Position numbers and translations under genes: made by a program. Shown here one piece after another: positions 18,739 through 28,602 of a DNA stretch of 64,000 bases; within the stretch, counting starts at the first letter, position 1; every line of letters starts with the position of its first letter. Under the pieces are notes generated by a model. It had not been told where the DNA came from, did not search any database, and was given only the letters and a program-made list of their open reading frames with translations. Source of the stretch: an uncultured Planctomycetia bacterium (GTDB taxonomy: Bacteria > Omnitrophota > Gorgyraeia > Pluralincolimonadales > Pluralincolimonadaceae); NCBI GenBank assembly GCA_964650515.1, contig CAZYUB010000004.1, positions 5,541 through 69,540 on the forward strand, given 5' to 3'.

Positions 18739-19805
18739 GTGAGTGGAAGGAATGTAAATTAGGTGATTTCGTCCAGATTAATTACGGAAAAGGCTTGCCC
18801 GAACATAAAAGAACTTTTGGTAATGTACCAGTATATAGTTCTGCAGGTGTAACAGGTTGGCATGATACGCCACTAGTAAAGTCTGAAGGAATTATTATTG
18901 GCAGAAAAGGTACGATCGGTACTGTCTATTATGCTAGCGAACCGTTTTTTTGTATTGATACGGCATATTATATTGAACCAAATAAGTCGAAGTACGATCT
19001 TAAATTTCTTTTTTATTTGTTGCAGACACTTAGATTAAATGAGTTAAACGAAGATAGTGCCGTGCCTGGCCTAAATAGGAATACGGCATATGATCAAGAT
19101 ATAATTCTTCCATCTTTGCCAGAACAGCGTGCCATTGCCGTAATCCTTTCCAGTCTTGACGACAAAATCGACCTTTTACATCGCCAGAACCAAACCCTCG
19201 AATCCATAGCTGAGACAGTTTGGCTGAAGGCACTCGAAGAAGATGTAAATCCGTCCACAGTAAATCTTGGAGATATAATTGACTTATATGACAGTAAGCG
19301 TATTCCTCTTTCAAGTATGCACAGAAATAAAATGAAAAAAGGCGCTCTGTATCCTTATTATGGGGCTGCTAAAATAATGGATTATGTAAATCAATATATT
19401 TTTGAAGGCGAATATTTATTATTAGGTGAAGATGGAACGGTTCAAACTGAAGAAGGTTTTCCCATTCTACAGTTAGCAACTGGAAAATTTTGGGTAAATA
19501 ATCATACGCATGTTATAAAAGCTAAAAATCCGTTTAGCAATTTTTTGTTATATATTATCTTAAGAAAAATGACTATCTCTCAAATTATAACGGGTGCAGT
19601 GCAGCCAAAAATCAATCAAGAAAACTTAAAATCTCTAAGAATAGAAATTCCTGGTAAAAGGCGCATCAATGAAATTGCGATATTGATGGATGAGATATGG
19701 CAAAAAATTCAAAATAACAAATCTCAAGTTATTATAGTTGAAAAAATAAGAGATGCATTGCTGCCAAGATTGATGTCAGGAGAAATGATAGTTGATTTAA
19801 ATTGA
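18735..19805 (+). CDS. hsdS: Type I RM specificity subunit HsdS (two target-recognition domains)
   Basis: Start overlaps the hsdM stop; central conserved LPSLPEQRAIAVILSSLDDKIDL; AT-rich as is typical for hsdS. Confidence 0.8.
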   Translation: MSEWKECKLGDFVQINYGKGLPEHKRTFGNVPVYSSAGVTGWHDTPLVKSEGIIIGRKGTIGTVYYASEPFFCIDTAYYIEPNKSKYDLKFLFYLLQTLRLNELNEDSAVPGLNRNTAYDQDIILPSLPEQRAIAVILSSLDDKIDLLHRQNQTLESIAETVWLKALEEDVNPSTVNLGDIIDLYDSKRIPLSSMHRNKMKKGALYPYYGAAKIMDYVNQYIFEGEYLLLGEDGTVQTEEGFPILQLATGKFWVNNHTHVIKAKNPFSNFLLYIILRKMTISQIITGAVQPKINQENLKSLRIEIPGKRRINEIAILMDEIWQKIQNNKSQVIIVEKIRDALLPRLMSGEMIVDLN

Positions 19806-19823
19806 TCTAACAGGAGGCAATAA

Positions 19824-21293
19824 ATGGAAGAAAAATCTTGGGCTTCGGATGATGTAATAACATTAGATATTTTGCTAGATTATCAGAATTCTCGAATAGA
19901 TGCTAATGAGAAATCCTCACAAGAAGAAATTAGAAAACTTTTACTAAAAACAGAGGATGTTGTTGAGCTTGCCAATAGTATTATTAGTACCAAAGGACTT
20001 TTACACGGAGAAAGAGTAATTATTGTTAACGAAAATAGTAAATCTATAGTATTGGAAGGCAATCGGAGAACTTGTGCGTGCCAATTATTATTAAACCCAG
20101 GGCTAATCCCTCAGGAGTTTAAGACAATATTTCCTATTTGTAATGATGAGTTAATAAAAAAAGAACTAGAATACTTGAAGGCTGACGTTGCCCCCAATAG
20201 ATTAGCAGCAGAAACTACTATAACCAAGAGACATACTGAACCTGGAGTATCACAATGGACTCCTCTTGCAAAACAAAGAAGGATTACGCGTCTTGTTGAA
20301 GCAGGTCGTTCTATTGAGGAATTAATGTCTGAGTTTGGAATGACTAGGCCGAATATTATAAAAACATTAAAAGAATACCATATTTTCCAATATGCAAAAA
20401 ATCTTCCTATCTGGGGGAAGACCGAACAGGACATATTTAATGATCCGACCCTTTCGATTAATCCCTTCACACGTTTTTTTGAGTTAAAAGGGGTCAAGAA
20501 AATATTAGCATTAAAACACAAGGAAACAGGTGAATTAGAAATCGGAATTGGCGAAGAACAATTTAACAAGATAATAGCTTTTATTGCTCGTGAATTTTTG
20601 ATTCCCGACAAAAATATTGGTAAGCCTAGCGCAAATACTCGAACGACTCCAGGGGAGTTGTTCGAAAAGATTTGTTCGCAGGATAAAGATATTAATGCAG
20701 TCTTGAAAGATAAATTAGAAGGGCATGATTTAGAAAGCAATAAAGAAAATCATACTGAAACCGAGAAAACGAAGCAAAACGCAGCTATTGTAACTACAGA
20801 TTCAACGACTCAACTGACTCCAGCACAACCTTCAGCAAAACCTGGGAAGTTCTTTGAGAATCTCAGCTGTTCCTTAAAAGATAATCAATTATTGTTAGTA
20901 GTAAGTGAAATATCCGATATAAATTACAAAAAATATCGTTTGGCGGCTACTTTTCTTGTAAGGGCTCTAGTTGAAAGAACTCTAAATTACTGCATTGATA
21001 AATATAAACTAAGAAAGCAACTACTAAAAGAGTTCCATACAGCGCATAAGGGATGTAAAGGTCTAGAGCCGGGTCTTGATTTCGTGATTAAATTTTGTAT
21101 AAATAACCACGATAAAATGTTTAATGTTAATAAAGTAAGTGATATGCTAAAAAAATGGAAAGGTGACAAGGATTTATTAGATATTATTATTCATGGCCGT
21201 TGGGCTAATCCCAGTGTTACAAACCTAGAACATTTTGCATCTATCATTCGGCCTACAATCGAAAAAATTCTTACTGGAAACGCCTTAAAATGA
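19824..21293 (+). CDS. ParB/Srx-like nuclease-domain protein (489 aa) nested in the type I RM operon
   Basis: N-terminus DILLDYQNSRIDANE...ELANSIISTKGLLHGERVIIVNEN..SIVLEGNRRTCACQLL matches the ParB N-terminal (ParBc) pattern including the GxRR box. The C-terminal 300 aa are unassigned. Very AT-rich. Confidence 0.5.
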   Translation: MEEKSWASDDVITLDILLDYQNSRIDANEKSSQEEIRKLLLKTEDVVELANSIISTKGLLHGERVIIVNENSKSIVLEGNRRTCACQLLLNPGLIPQEFKTIFPICNDELIKKELEYLKADVAPNRLAAETTITKRHTEPGVSQWTPLAKQRRITRLVEAGRSIEELMSEFGMTRPNIIKTLKEYHIFQYAKNLPIWGKTEQDIFNDPTLSINPFTRFFELKGVKKILALKHKETGELEIGIGEEQFNKIIAFIAREFLIPDKNIGKPSANTRTTPGELFEKICSQDKDINAVLKDKLEGHDLESNKENHTETEKTKQNAAIVTTDSTTQLTPAQPSAKPGKFFENLSCSLKDNQLLLVVSEISDINYKKYRLAATFLVRALVERTLNYCIDKYKLRKQLLKEFHTAHKGCKGLEPGLDFVIKFCINNHDKMFNVNKVSDMLKKWKGDKDLLDIIIHGRWANPSVTNLEHFASIIRPTIEKILTGNALK

Positions 21294-22222
21294 AAATGGG
21301 GCAAGAGGGCGGTCATCTAAATAATAAATTAATAACAAGAAATCTGAGCCCACTAAGGTATCCAGGATCAAAGCGTAAATTATCTCTTTATATTCGAGAA
21401 ATACTTCACCATAATAAACTTAATCCAGATCTTTTGATAGAGCCATTTGTTGGAGGCGGTAGCATTTCCCTATTCTTTATTGTCAATAACTTAGTAAAAA
21501 AAGTCCTTATTTCTGATAAGGACAAATTAATTTCTAGTTTTTGGAAAGTGATATTTTCCAATCCGGAACATATCATTCGCTTTGTTCAACGAGTAGAAAT
21601 AAGTGTTAAGAATTTCGATAAATATAAAAATATTGCCAAAGATGCAGGAAATTATAATGACATTGAATTAGCGAAAACATGTATTTTTCTTAATAGAACT
21701 AGTTTTTCCGGTGTCTTAGCTAATTCTGCTGGCCCAATCGGAGGGAGGAGACAGAAATCAGACTACAAAATCGATTGTCGTTTTAATAGAAAAGATATCG
21801 TAAAAAGAATTGTTTACATTTCCTCTTTAAAAGACAAAGTCATTGTTCGTGATGGTGAGTGGAAGGAGGTAATTAAGTATGCAGATGAATGGAAAAGAAA
21901 TAATAAAGAATATAATAAATCTTTTATATATTTAGACCCCCCTTTTTATTTTAAAGCTGAGAGTTTATACAGAACATATTTTAATTGTAAGCAACACGAA
22001 GAATTGGCCAAAGAATTAGAAAAATTAAATTGTCCATGGATTCTTAGTTATGATAATGTTCCACAGGTTAGAGAATTATATGAAAAGTCCAAAAATATTG
22101 TGCATATTGATATGCCATATTCAATCAATTCACATGCAAAGAGAATAGAAAAAGAACTGATAATTACCGGTTTGGCTTTACCTGGAGTAGATGAAATTAA
22201 TTTTGACCATAAAAATGAATAA
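21290..22222 (+). CDS. Dam-family (D12 class) N6-adenine DNA methyltransferase
   Basis: N-terminal RYPGSKRKL (compare Dam KWAGGKRxL), motif I EPFVGGGSISLFF, catalytic YLDPPFY (DPPY-type). Overlaps the upstream stop and the hsdR start. Confidence 0.7.
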   Translation: MKMGQEGGHLNNKLITRNLSPLRYPGSKRKLSLYIREILHHNKLNPDLLIEPFVGGGSISLFFIVNNLVKKVLISDKDKLISSFWKVIFSNPEHIIRFVQRVEISVKNFDKYKNIAKDAGNYNDIELAKTCIFLNRTSFSGVLANSAGPIGGRRQKSDYKIDCRFNRKDIVKRIVYISSLKDKVIVRDGEWKEVIKYADEWKRNNKEYNKSFIYLDPPFYFKAESLYRTYFNCKQHEELAKELEKLNCPWILSYDNVPQVRELYEKSKNIVHIDMPYSINSHAKRIEKELIITGLALPGVDEINFDHKNE

Positions 22223-25200
22223 CTTCACCGAATCCGAAATCGAAAATTATTCTCTCGATGAGCTAAAAAGGCTTGGGTTCTCGTATATTCCGGGCCCTGC
22301 AGTAGCTCCAGATGAAGCAGGGGCAGAGATGGTTGCGGAACCCGCAGTGCCTTATGGTTTATTTGAAAAGCGCGAGAGCTATGAAGATGTCATATTGAAG
22401 CATGCTTTAGAACAAGCCATCGAGCGGTTAAACCCCGCTATCTCCGAATCCGCACGCAAGGAAGCATTTAAAATGGTTCTTTCCGTATTTTCTCCTCAGC
22501 TAATCACTGCAAACGAAACTTTCCATACCATGCTTTCCGAAGGTGTGCCGGTTACTACGCACAAAGATGGGCAGGAGCGGGGGGAGAGGATATGGCTGAT
22601 CGATTTCCAGAATCCGGAAAACAACGTATTTTGCGCAATTAATCAGTTTACTGTCCAAGAGAATAATCAGCATAAGAGGCCGGATATAATTTTATATGTA
22701 AACGGAATGCCATTAGTGGTAATTGAGCTCAAGAATCCGGCTGATGCCAATGCTACGATTCGCAAGGCGTATGATCAAATCCAGACTTATAAAGTGGTTA
22801 TCCCGTCTTTATTCTTCTATAACGTTATTTGTGTGATTTCCGATGGTCTGGAGGCGAAGGTTGGCACAATAGCTTCTTCGTTTAGCCGGTTCCAGGCATG
22901 GAAGACTATCGATGGCAAGCAAGAGTCCTCAAGCCATGTTAGCCAGCTTGAGGTGCTGATTAAAGGAATGCTGAATAAGGCGACGCTTCTGGATTTGATA
23001 CGGAATTTCATCGTTTTCGAGAAGGACAAGAAGATCGATCCTAAGACCGGTTTGACGCAGATAGAAACAGTCAAGAAGATTGCCGCATATCATCAATATC
23101 ATGCGGTCAACAAGGCGGTTGAGAGCACGCGATGTGCCATATCCGAAAAAGGCAATCGCAAGGCTGGCGTAGTCTGGCATACTCAAGGCTCCGGCAAAAG
23201 CCTTTCTATGGTTTTCTATGCAGGCAAACTCATCCATAATCTCGACAATCCCACCGTTGTAGTTATTACCGACCGAAATGATCTTGATCAACAGCTTTTC
23301 GATACTTTTGCCGCTTCGCAGAGTTTACTCGGCCAGCCGCCGGTACAGGCGGAATCTCGCGACCATCTAAAATCTTTACTCAAGGTGGCATCGGGCGGAA
23401 TCGTATTTACCACAATCCAGAAGTTCTTTCCCGAGAATGAAAGCTCCACTTATGATCTGTTATCGGATCGCCGCAATATAATCGTCATTGCCGATGAGGC
23501 GCATCGGTCGCAATACGGGTTTGGGGCGAAGTTCGACGGCAAGCGGTTGGCCTACGGTTTTGCGAAATATTTGAGGGACGCCCTTCCAAGTGCGACATTT
23601 ATCGGGTTTACCGGTACGCCGGTTGAAAGTACAGATATCAACACTCCCGCAGTGTTCGGTAATTATATCGATATCTACGACGTCGCCCAGGCCATGGAAG
23701 ACGGAGCGACGGTGAAAATATATTATGAGAGTCGCTTGGCAAAGGTAAATCTGACGGCAGACGGTAGAAAACTGATCGAGGAGTTCGAGAAAGAGATGAC
23801 GGACGATGGAGCGACCGCCGTCCAGCAAGCCAAGGCCAAATGGACCAAGCTCGAAGCCATTGTCGGACATCCTCAACGGTTGAAGAATTTGGCAAGGGAT
23901 ATCGTCGAGCATTATAAGAAGCGTGCGGAAGTATTCGATGGCAAAGCCATGATCGTTACCATGAGTCGCAGGATTGCAGTGGCTTTGTACGACGCGATTA
24001 TCGCCTTGCGGCCGGAATGGCATAGCGATGATCTGAAGGAAGGTGCGCTGAAGGTCGTTATGACTTCGTCATCTTCCGATAAGATGGAATTCGATCCCGA
24101 AGATCCGGACAGCCTTGTTATTCCTGCTTGTCATCGCACGAACAAGCAAGACCGCCAGGTGCTTGCAGAAAGGATGAAAGAGCCGCGGGATCCTTTGAAA
24201 CTGGTTATCGTTCGGGATATGTGGTTGACGGGATTCGATGTTCCGTGCTTGCATACACTTTATATCGATAAACTAATGAAGGGCCATACTCTTATGCAGG
24301 CCATTGCGCGTGTGAACCGCGTGTTCATGGACAAGCCGGGTGGGCTTGTCGTCGATTATATCGGTATCGGCAACGCTCTTAAAGAAGCACTTGCATTTTA
24401 TGCGAGTTCGGGAGGAAAAGGCGATCCAGCCCAGACACAAGAAAAAGCAGTGGCTATGCTGGTCGAAAAAATAGAGGTGGTGCGCCAGATATTCCACGGA
24501 TTCGATTATATGCGGTTTTTCAAGGTGGGAACAGCGGAACGCTTGTCGATTATTCTACAAGCAGAGGAATTCATTCTTTCTAAAGAGCAGACGAAAGAAC
24601 GTTTTGTGAAGGAAGCGACTGCGCTTTCCAAGCTGTTCGCCTTGGCTGTACCGAACGAAGAAGCGATGAAACTGACGAATGAAATCGCTTTTTTTCAATC
24701 GGTCCGGGCGCGACTGCTTAAATTCGAAGGTGACGGAGAACGTGGAGAGAAAAGCTACGAAAGCGCTATACGTCAGATCGTGAATCAGGCGGTCGAATCG
24801 ACCGAGGTAGTAGATATTTTCGATGCGGCAGGGATTAAGAAGCCCGATATTTCCTTACTTTCCGAAGAATTTATGCTGGAAGTCAAGGAGATGAAGAATA
24901 AGAATCTAGGCGCTGAACTTCTGAAGAAGATTCTTAATGATGAGATTAAAGTGCGACTGAAATACAATATTACCGAAGGCAAAAAACTGTTGGATCTGCT
25001 GGAAGCATCTATAAGAAAATATCAGAACAATTTATTGACTACGGCAGAGATAATCGAAGAATTGATAAATATTGCCCGTCAAATTCGCGAAGTTGACGGG
25101 TTATCGGAGAAATTGAAGTTATCCAACGAGGAATTCGCTTTTTATACGGCGTTGGAGGTGAACGATAGCGCTGTAAAGGTATTAGGTGATGAAACACTCA

Positions 25201-25415
25201 AAGTCATCGCACGAGAAATAGCCGATAAGGTGCGCAAAAACGCTAGTATCGACTGGGCCCTGAAAGAAAGCGCTCGCGCGCGTCTCATGGTCATCGTCCG
25301 CCGCACACTGAATAAATATGGTTATCCGCCTGACAAGCAGCAGAAAGCGATCGATACCGTTATGAAGCAGGCCGAAGTGTTGGCGGATTATTGGGTCAAG
25401 AATGAGGAGAAATAA
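22214..25415 (+). CDS. hsdR: Type I restriction enzyme R subunit HsdR
   Basis: Nuclease region VIELKNPAD, helicase motif I TQGSGKSLSM, motif II IADEAHRSQ, motif VI QAIARVNR; about 1070 aa. Confidence 0.9.
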
Positions 25416-25432
25416 AAGTAGAAGGAGGTACC

Positions 25433-25699
25433 ATGGGGATTGAAAAAGAGTTTAGTTTTGGCAGTTGTGAATTTTCACGTTTAAGCCCGGATAAAATAAT
25501 TCCAAGTACAAAAAAGTTAAATATTATAGTTGGCTTTGGGGAAGCTTTAAAGCTAAATCTTGCTATTGAAGAATGCCTGAGGAAATTAAATAGATATAAA
25601 AGAAGCACGAGAGAAGGAAAGAGAGCCGCCATAAACCTCACCATACATTTTGATGTAGAAAGAATTTCTGTTTCCGAAGAAAAGACCAGAGAGATTTAA
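25433..25699 (+). CDS. Hypothetical small protein (88 aa)
   Basis: AT-rich ORF with an RBS (GGAGG) 8 nt upstream; no family recognised. Confidence 0.35.
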   Translation: MGIEKEFSFGSCEFSRLSPDKIIPSTKKLNIIVGFGEALKLNLAIEECLRKLNRYKRSTREGKRAAINLTIHFDVERISVSEEKTREI

Positions 25700-25709
25700 A
25701 AACAAAAAT

Positions 25710-26210
25710 GTGAGGTACAACATGCTTATTAAAAACGAGATAACTGTAGGAGATTTAATTGCAATGGCTGGCTTTATCGCAGCTGCGATAGGTTTGTTTC
25801 TGACGTTTTATCAAATACTTAAAAGCAATAAGCATAAACGAGCAGAATTTATCATGGATTTTTGTAAACAATTTATGGATTCAAACGATTTGCTAAAAAT
25901 GTATTATGATATTGAATACGGGAGCTTTCATGCGCCTGTTTTTGGTTCTCATTCTTCCGAAGAAGTTCAGCTAGACAAGTTGTTAATGCTTTTTGAAAAT
26001 GTATCCACGCTGTATGAAATGGGTAATATTTGTCTTAAGGATTTAAGCGTTATTTCGTATTACTTTATCAGAGTTTATGAAAACGAAGGTGTAAAACAAT
26101 ATTTATTTGCATTAGATGATTGGTGTAAAAAAAGCGGATTGCCTAAAAGGTACTGTTCTTTTAGAAATGTTTATATTGTTTTGAGTAAAAATCCACAAAA
26201 ATTATTATAG
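25710..26210 (+). CDS. Hypothetical protein with an N-terminal TM helix (166 aa)
   Basis: ITVGDLIAMAGFIAAAIGLFLTFYQIL TM segment followed by a soluble domain; it sits in the defence island immediately after hsdR. Confidence 0.4.
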   Translation: MRYNMLIKNEITVGDLIAMAGFIAAAIGLFLTFYQILKSNKHKRAEFIMDFCKQFMDSNDLLKMYYDIEYGSFHAPVFGSHSSEEVQLDKLLMLFENVSTLYEMGNICLKDLSVISYYFIRVYENEGVKQYLFALDDWCKKSGLPKRYCSFRNVYIVLSKNPQKLL

Positions 26211-26220
26211 ACAATAAATC

Positions 26221-26619
26221 ATGAAAATTTTTATCAAAACTTCAACTAAAACTTTTTCCGCCGAACTTAATTCCTGCGCTACAGCCTGTGCCATAGCCTC
26301 CAAGCTTCCCATCACCGCGAAAGCGGAAGTATGGGGAGAGGAGATATATTTCAGGATCCCGATAAAGTGCAAGCCGGAGAACGCCACGATGGACGTCAAT
26401 GTCGGCGATATTGCCTACTGGCCGCCGGGGGCATGCTTGTGCCTGTTCTTCGGCCAGACGCCGGAAAGCACAGGGGCCAAGCCGGTCCCCGCCTCGGAGG
26501 TCAATATAGTCGGCAGGATCGCGGGGAATCTTTCCGCACTTAAGGGCGTCAAAGAGGGCGATACCATAAAAGTGGAAGATGCCAAAGAGGCAAGCGAGAT
26601 ACTTAAAGATTTGAGTTAA
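26221..26619 (+). CDS. Cyclophilin-like-fold (DUF3830-like) protein
   Basis: Pattern ...LPITAKAEVWGEEIYF...GDIAYWPPG resembles the DUF3830/cyclophilin-like family. Low certainty. Confidence 0.35.
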   Translation: MKIFIKTSTKTFSAELNSCATACAIASKLPITAKAEVWGEEIYFRIPIKCKPENATMDVNVGDIAYWPPGACLCLFFGQTPESTGAKPVPASEVNIVGRIAGNLSALKGVKEGDTIKVEDAKEASEILKDLS

Positions 26620-26644
26620 GATTCAGGGGTGTTTCCCGCCAAAA

Positions 26645-26702
26645 ATAATTATGAAAGGAAATTCCTCCTTTTAGCGTCTATTATAGTGAAAGGAGGCGCT
26701 TC
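26645..26702 (+). promoter_or_regulatory. Conserved TA-cassette leader element, copy 1 (SD-sequestering hairpin)
   Basis: AAATTCCTCCTTTTAGCGTCTATTATAGTGAAAGGAGG. The upstream arm is complementary to the SD sequence AAAGGAGG, and an ATG follows 8 nt later. Confidence 0.6.
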
Positions 26703-26777
26703 ATGGCTGTTAAAGGCATCTTGACATCCGGCCCGGGATCGGTTAAACTATGTTTAGGTAAGGAAGTAAGAAAGTAA
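26703..26777 (+). CDS. Possible 24-aa leader peptide
   Basis: The ATG directly follows the conserved SD sequence; MAVKGILTSGPGSVKLCLGKEVRK; may be only a regulatory uORF. Confidence 0.25.
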   Translation: MAVKGILTSGPGSVKLCLGKEVRK

Positions 26778-26781
26778 GGAA

Positions 26782-27060
26782 ATGGAGGATAACATGACCG
26801 TAGTCGGAATGTCAAAGATCACATCAAAGGGGCAGGTTACCTTGCCGGCCGCAGTAAGAAAACTGCTTAAGCTCGACAAGGGCAATTGCGTGGCGTTTTG
26901 CGTCGATAAGGCGGGAATAATCCTTTCCCAATGTAAGATAAGCGTCGAGCCGTCAGCTTTCACGGCCGAGGAATGGCGCAAGATCGAGCAACTGGCCGGC
27001 GCAAAAGGCAAAGTATTCGCATCTGCCGAAGAAGCCAAGAAGCATATCAAGAGTTTATGA
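26782..27060 (+). CDS. AbrB/MazE/SpoVT-family antitoxin
   Basis: SpoVT_AbrB signature ITSKGQVTLPAAVRKLLKL. Confidence 0.7.
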   Translation: MEDNMTVVGMSKITSKGQVTLPAAVRKLLKLDKGNCVAFCVDKAGIILSQCKISVEPSAFTAEEWRKIEQLAGAKGKVFASAEEAKKHIKSL

Positions 27061-27341
27061 GATATGAGTTCAAGCCATCGTTTGAAGACTCCATAAAGAA
27101 CTTGAATCTGGAAGACAGGGGAGAGATAATTAAAGCTGCCTTTCAAGTAATTGATATTTTAGGCCGGGAAAGAATGTTACATAAGGGTGTCGGGCTTAAG
27201 CGCTTGAAAGGTGATTATTGGGAGATAAGAAAAGGATTGGATGCTCGGATATTATTCAGGTTTAGCGGGGACCTGGTTGAGTTTGTACTATCTGGCAATC
27301 ATGATCAAATTAAACGATACCTGCGGAATTTAAAATCTTAA
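27057..27341 (+). CDS. RelE/ParE-family toxin
   Basis: ATGA start/stop overlap with the antitoxin gene; LKGDYWEIRKG.DARILFRFSGDLVEFVLSGNHDQ fits the RelE/ParE core. Confidence 0.65.
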   Translation: MRYEFKPSFEDSIKNLNLEDRGEIIKAAFQVIDILGRERMLHKGVGLKRLKGDYWEIRKGLDARILFRFSGDLVEFVLSGNHDQIKRYLRNLKS

Positions 27342-27429
27342 AGCGTGATTTTGTTTGCACCGACATAGCATGGAGGAGGTGATGAAGATCAAACAATGAT
27401 GCCGGGCAAGCGGTTGAGATAAATTACCA

Positions 27430-27540
27430 ATTTACCCCAGAGGGGTCACCCCGAGAAACAGTTTAAATCTCTTCGAGATTTAAACATCGGGCCCTGCGGG
27501 GTAAAATTCGCCTGAAACTTGAAGCGGGCGAATTTTAGTG
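27430..27540 (+). promoter_or_regulatory. Structured 5' leader (three consecutive hairpins) upstream of the SIMPL gene
   Basis: ACCCC-AGA-GGGGT; a perfect 11-bp stem GTTTAAATCTC-TTC-GAGATTTAAAC (27461..27485); a 10-bp stem AAAATTCGCC-N14-GGCGAATTTT (27503..27536). Confidence 0.4.
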
Positions 27541-27555
27541 AGGGGAGATAAGCGG

Positions 27556-28284
27556 ATGGGTAAGTATGTCATTTTCGGGGTATGTTTTTTGGCAGCATCG
27601 GTAGGCTCAGCGGTGATATTGACCAACGGGATGGTGAAGTTCAAGAAGGCCTCGGCAGAGGTGATAAACGTCACCGGCTCGGCCGAGAAGAGGATAACGT
27701 CGGATTACGCGGTCTGGACGGCCGAGTTCTCGGCGCGGGACCCGCAGATGAAGGCCGCGTTCGCCAGGTTAAAAGAGGACACGGCCAAGGTCAGGGCCTA
27801 CCTCGCGTCCAAAGGGATAACCGAGGGCGAGATGATCGTTTCGCAGGTGGAGACGGCGGTCATCTACAAGAAGAACGAGAAGGGCATCGCCACCAACGAG
27901 ATAGAGGCCTACAGCTTGAGCCAGGGGATAGAGGCGCGCTCGACCGACGTCGCCAAGATAACCGCCGTGTCGCGCGAATCGACGGCGCTCATCGAGCAGG
28001 ATATCAGGTTCGTTTCACACCCGCCGCAGTATTTTTACACCAAGCTGGCCGAGCTGAAGCTCGAGATGCTTGGCGCGGCATCGGCGGACGCCAAAAAGCG
28101 GGCCGAACAGATCGCGTCGGCCTCGGGCAACAGGGTCGGCAGGATTCGCTCCGCGGACATGGGCGTCTTCCAGATAACGCCGGTCAATTCGACCGAGGTC
28201 TCGGACTGGGGCAGTAACGATACCTCATCACTCGAGAAGAAGGTCTTCGCGGTCGTGCATGCGGATTTTGCGATAACGGAATAA
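27556..28284 (+). CDS. SIMPL-domain (DUF541) periplasmic protein
   Basis: N-terminal TM/signal segment, then INVTGSAEKRITSDYAVWTAEFSARDP... typical of SIMPL/26-kDa periplasmic immunogenic proteins. Confidence 0.6.
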   Translation: MGKYVIFGVCFLAASVGSAVILTNGMVKFKKASAEVINVTGSAEKRITSDYAVWTAEFSARDPQMKAAFARLKEDTAKVRAYLASKGITEGEMIVSQVETAVIYKKNEKGIATNEIEAYSLSQGIEARSTDVAKITAVSRESTALIEQDIRFVSHPPQYFYTKLAELKLEMLGAASADAKKRAEQIASASGNRVGRIRSADMGVFQITPVNSTEVSDWGSNDTSSLEKKVFAVVHADFAITE

Positions 28285-28287
28285 GAT

Positions 28288-28309
28288 GGTTGCCCCCGCG
28301 AGGGCAACC
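28288..28309 (+). terminator. Hairpin after the SIMPL gene (GGTTGCCC-CCGCGA-GGGCAACC)
   Basis: Perfect 8-bp GC-rich stem 4 nt after the stop, followed by an A/T-rich tract (TAAATAATT) rather than a clean U-run. Confidence 0.4.
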
Positions 28310-28313
28310 TAAA

Positions 28314-28369
28314 TAATTGAAAGAAAATTCCCTCCTTTGGCGTCTATATAGCTAAAGGAGGGAGTTTTT
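28314..28369 (+). promoter_or_regulatory. Conserved TA-cassette leader element, copy 2
   Basis: TTGAAAGAAAATTCCCTCCTTTGGCGTCTATATAGCTAAAGGAGGGAGTTTTTATG. The 14-nt arm AAATTCCCTCCTTT and AAAGGAGGGAGTTT pair at 13 of 14 positions and cover the SD sequence. Confidence 0.65.
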
Positions 28370-28600
28370 ATGAGAATTGTACTTTCATCTCATGCGCAAG
28401 AGCGTATCGTTGAACGAAACATCAGAAAAGACGATGTGATAGAAACAATAAAGAATCCTGGTATTACCTGTCCGACGAAACATAAACATCGAAAAAGGGT
28501 TATGAAGAGCTTGAACGGCGCTACCCTCGATGTTATAATTGAAACACGAGGAGATAAGATTATAGTCGTTACATGCGCGATGCTGAAGAAGGAGGCCTGA
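28370..28600 (+). CDS. DUF4258-family toxin
   Basis: MRIVLSSHAQERIVERNI...DDV pattern (H..ER..ERgI) typical of DUF4258. Confidence 0.6.
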   Translation: MRIVLSSHAQERIVERNIRKDDVIETIKNPGITCPTKHKHRKRVMKSLNGATLDVIIETRGDKIIVVTCAMLKKEA

Positions 28601-28602
28601 AA

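Noticed and set aside
26973-27341. N-terminal extension (MAQDRATGRR...) of the RelE-like ORF
   Set aside because: The extension overlaps the antitoxin gene in another frame. An ATGA stop/start junction at 27057 gives a canonical TA arrangement and a 95-aa RelE-size product.
27582-28217. 211-aa + strand Arg/Gly-rich ORF overlapping the SIMPL gene in another frame
   Set aside because: Low-complexity RG-rich translation from an alternative frame of GC-rich coding DNA. SIMPL-domain motifs support the annotated frame instead.
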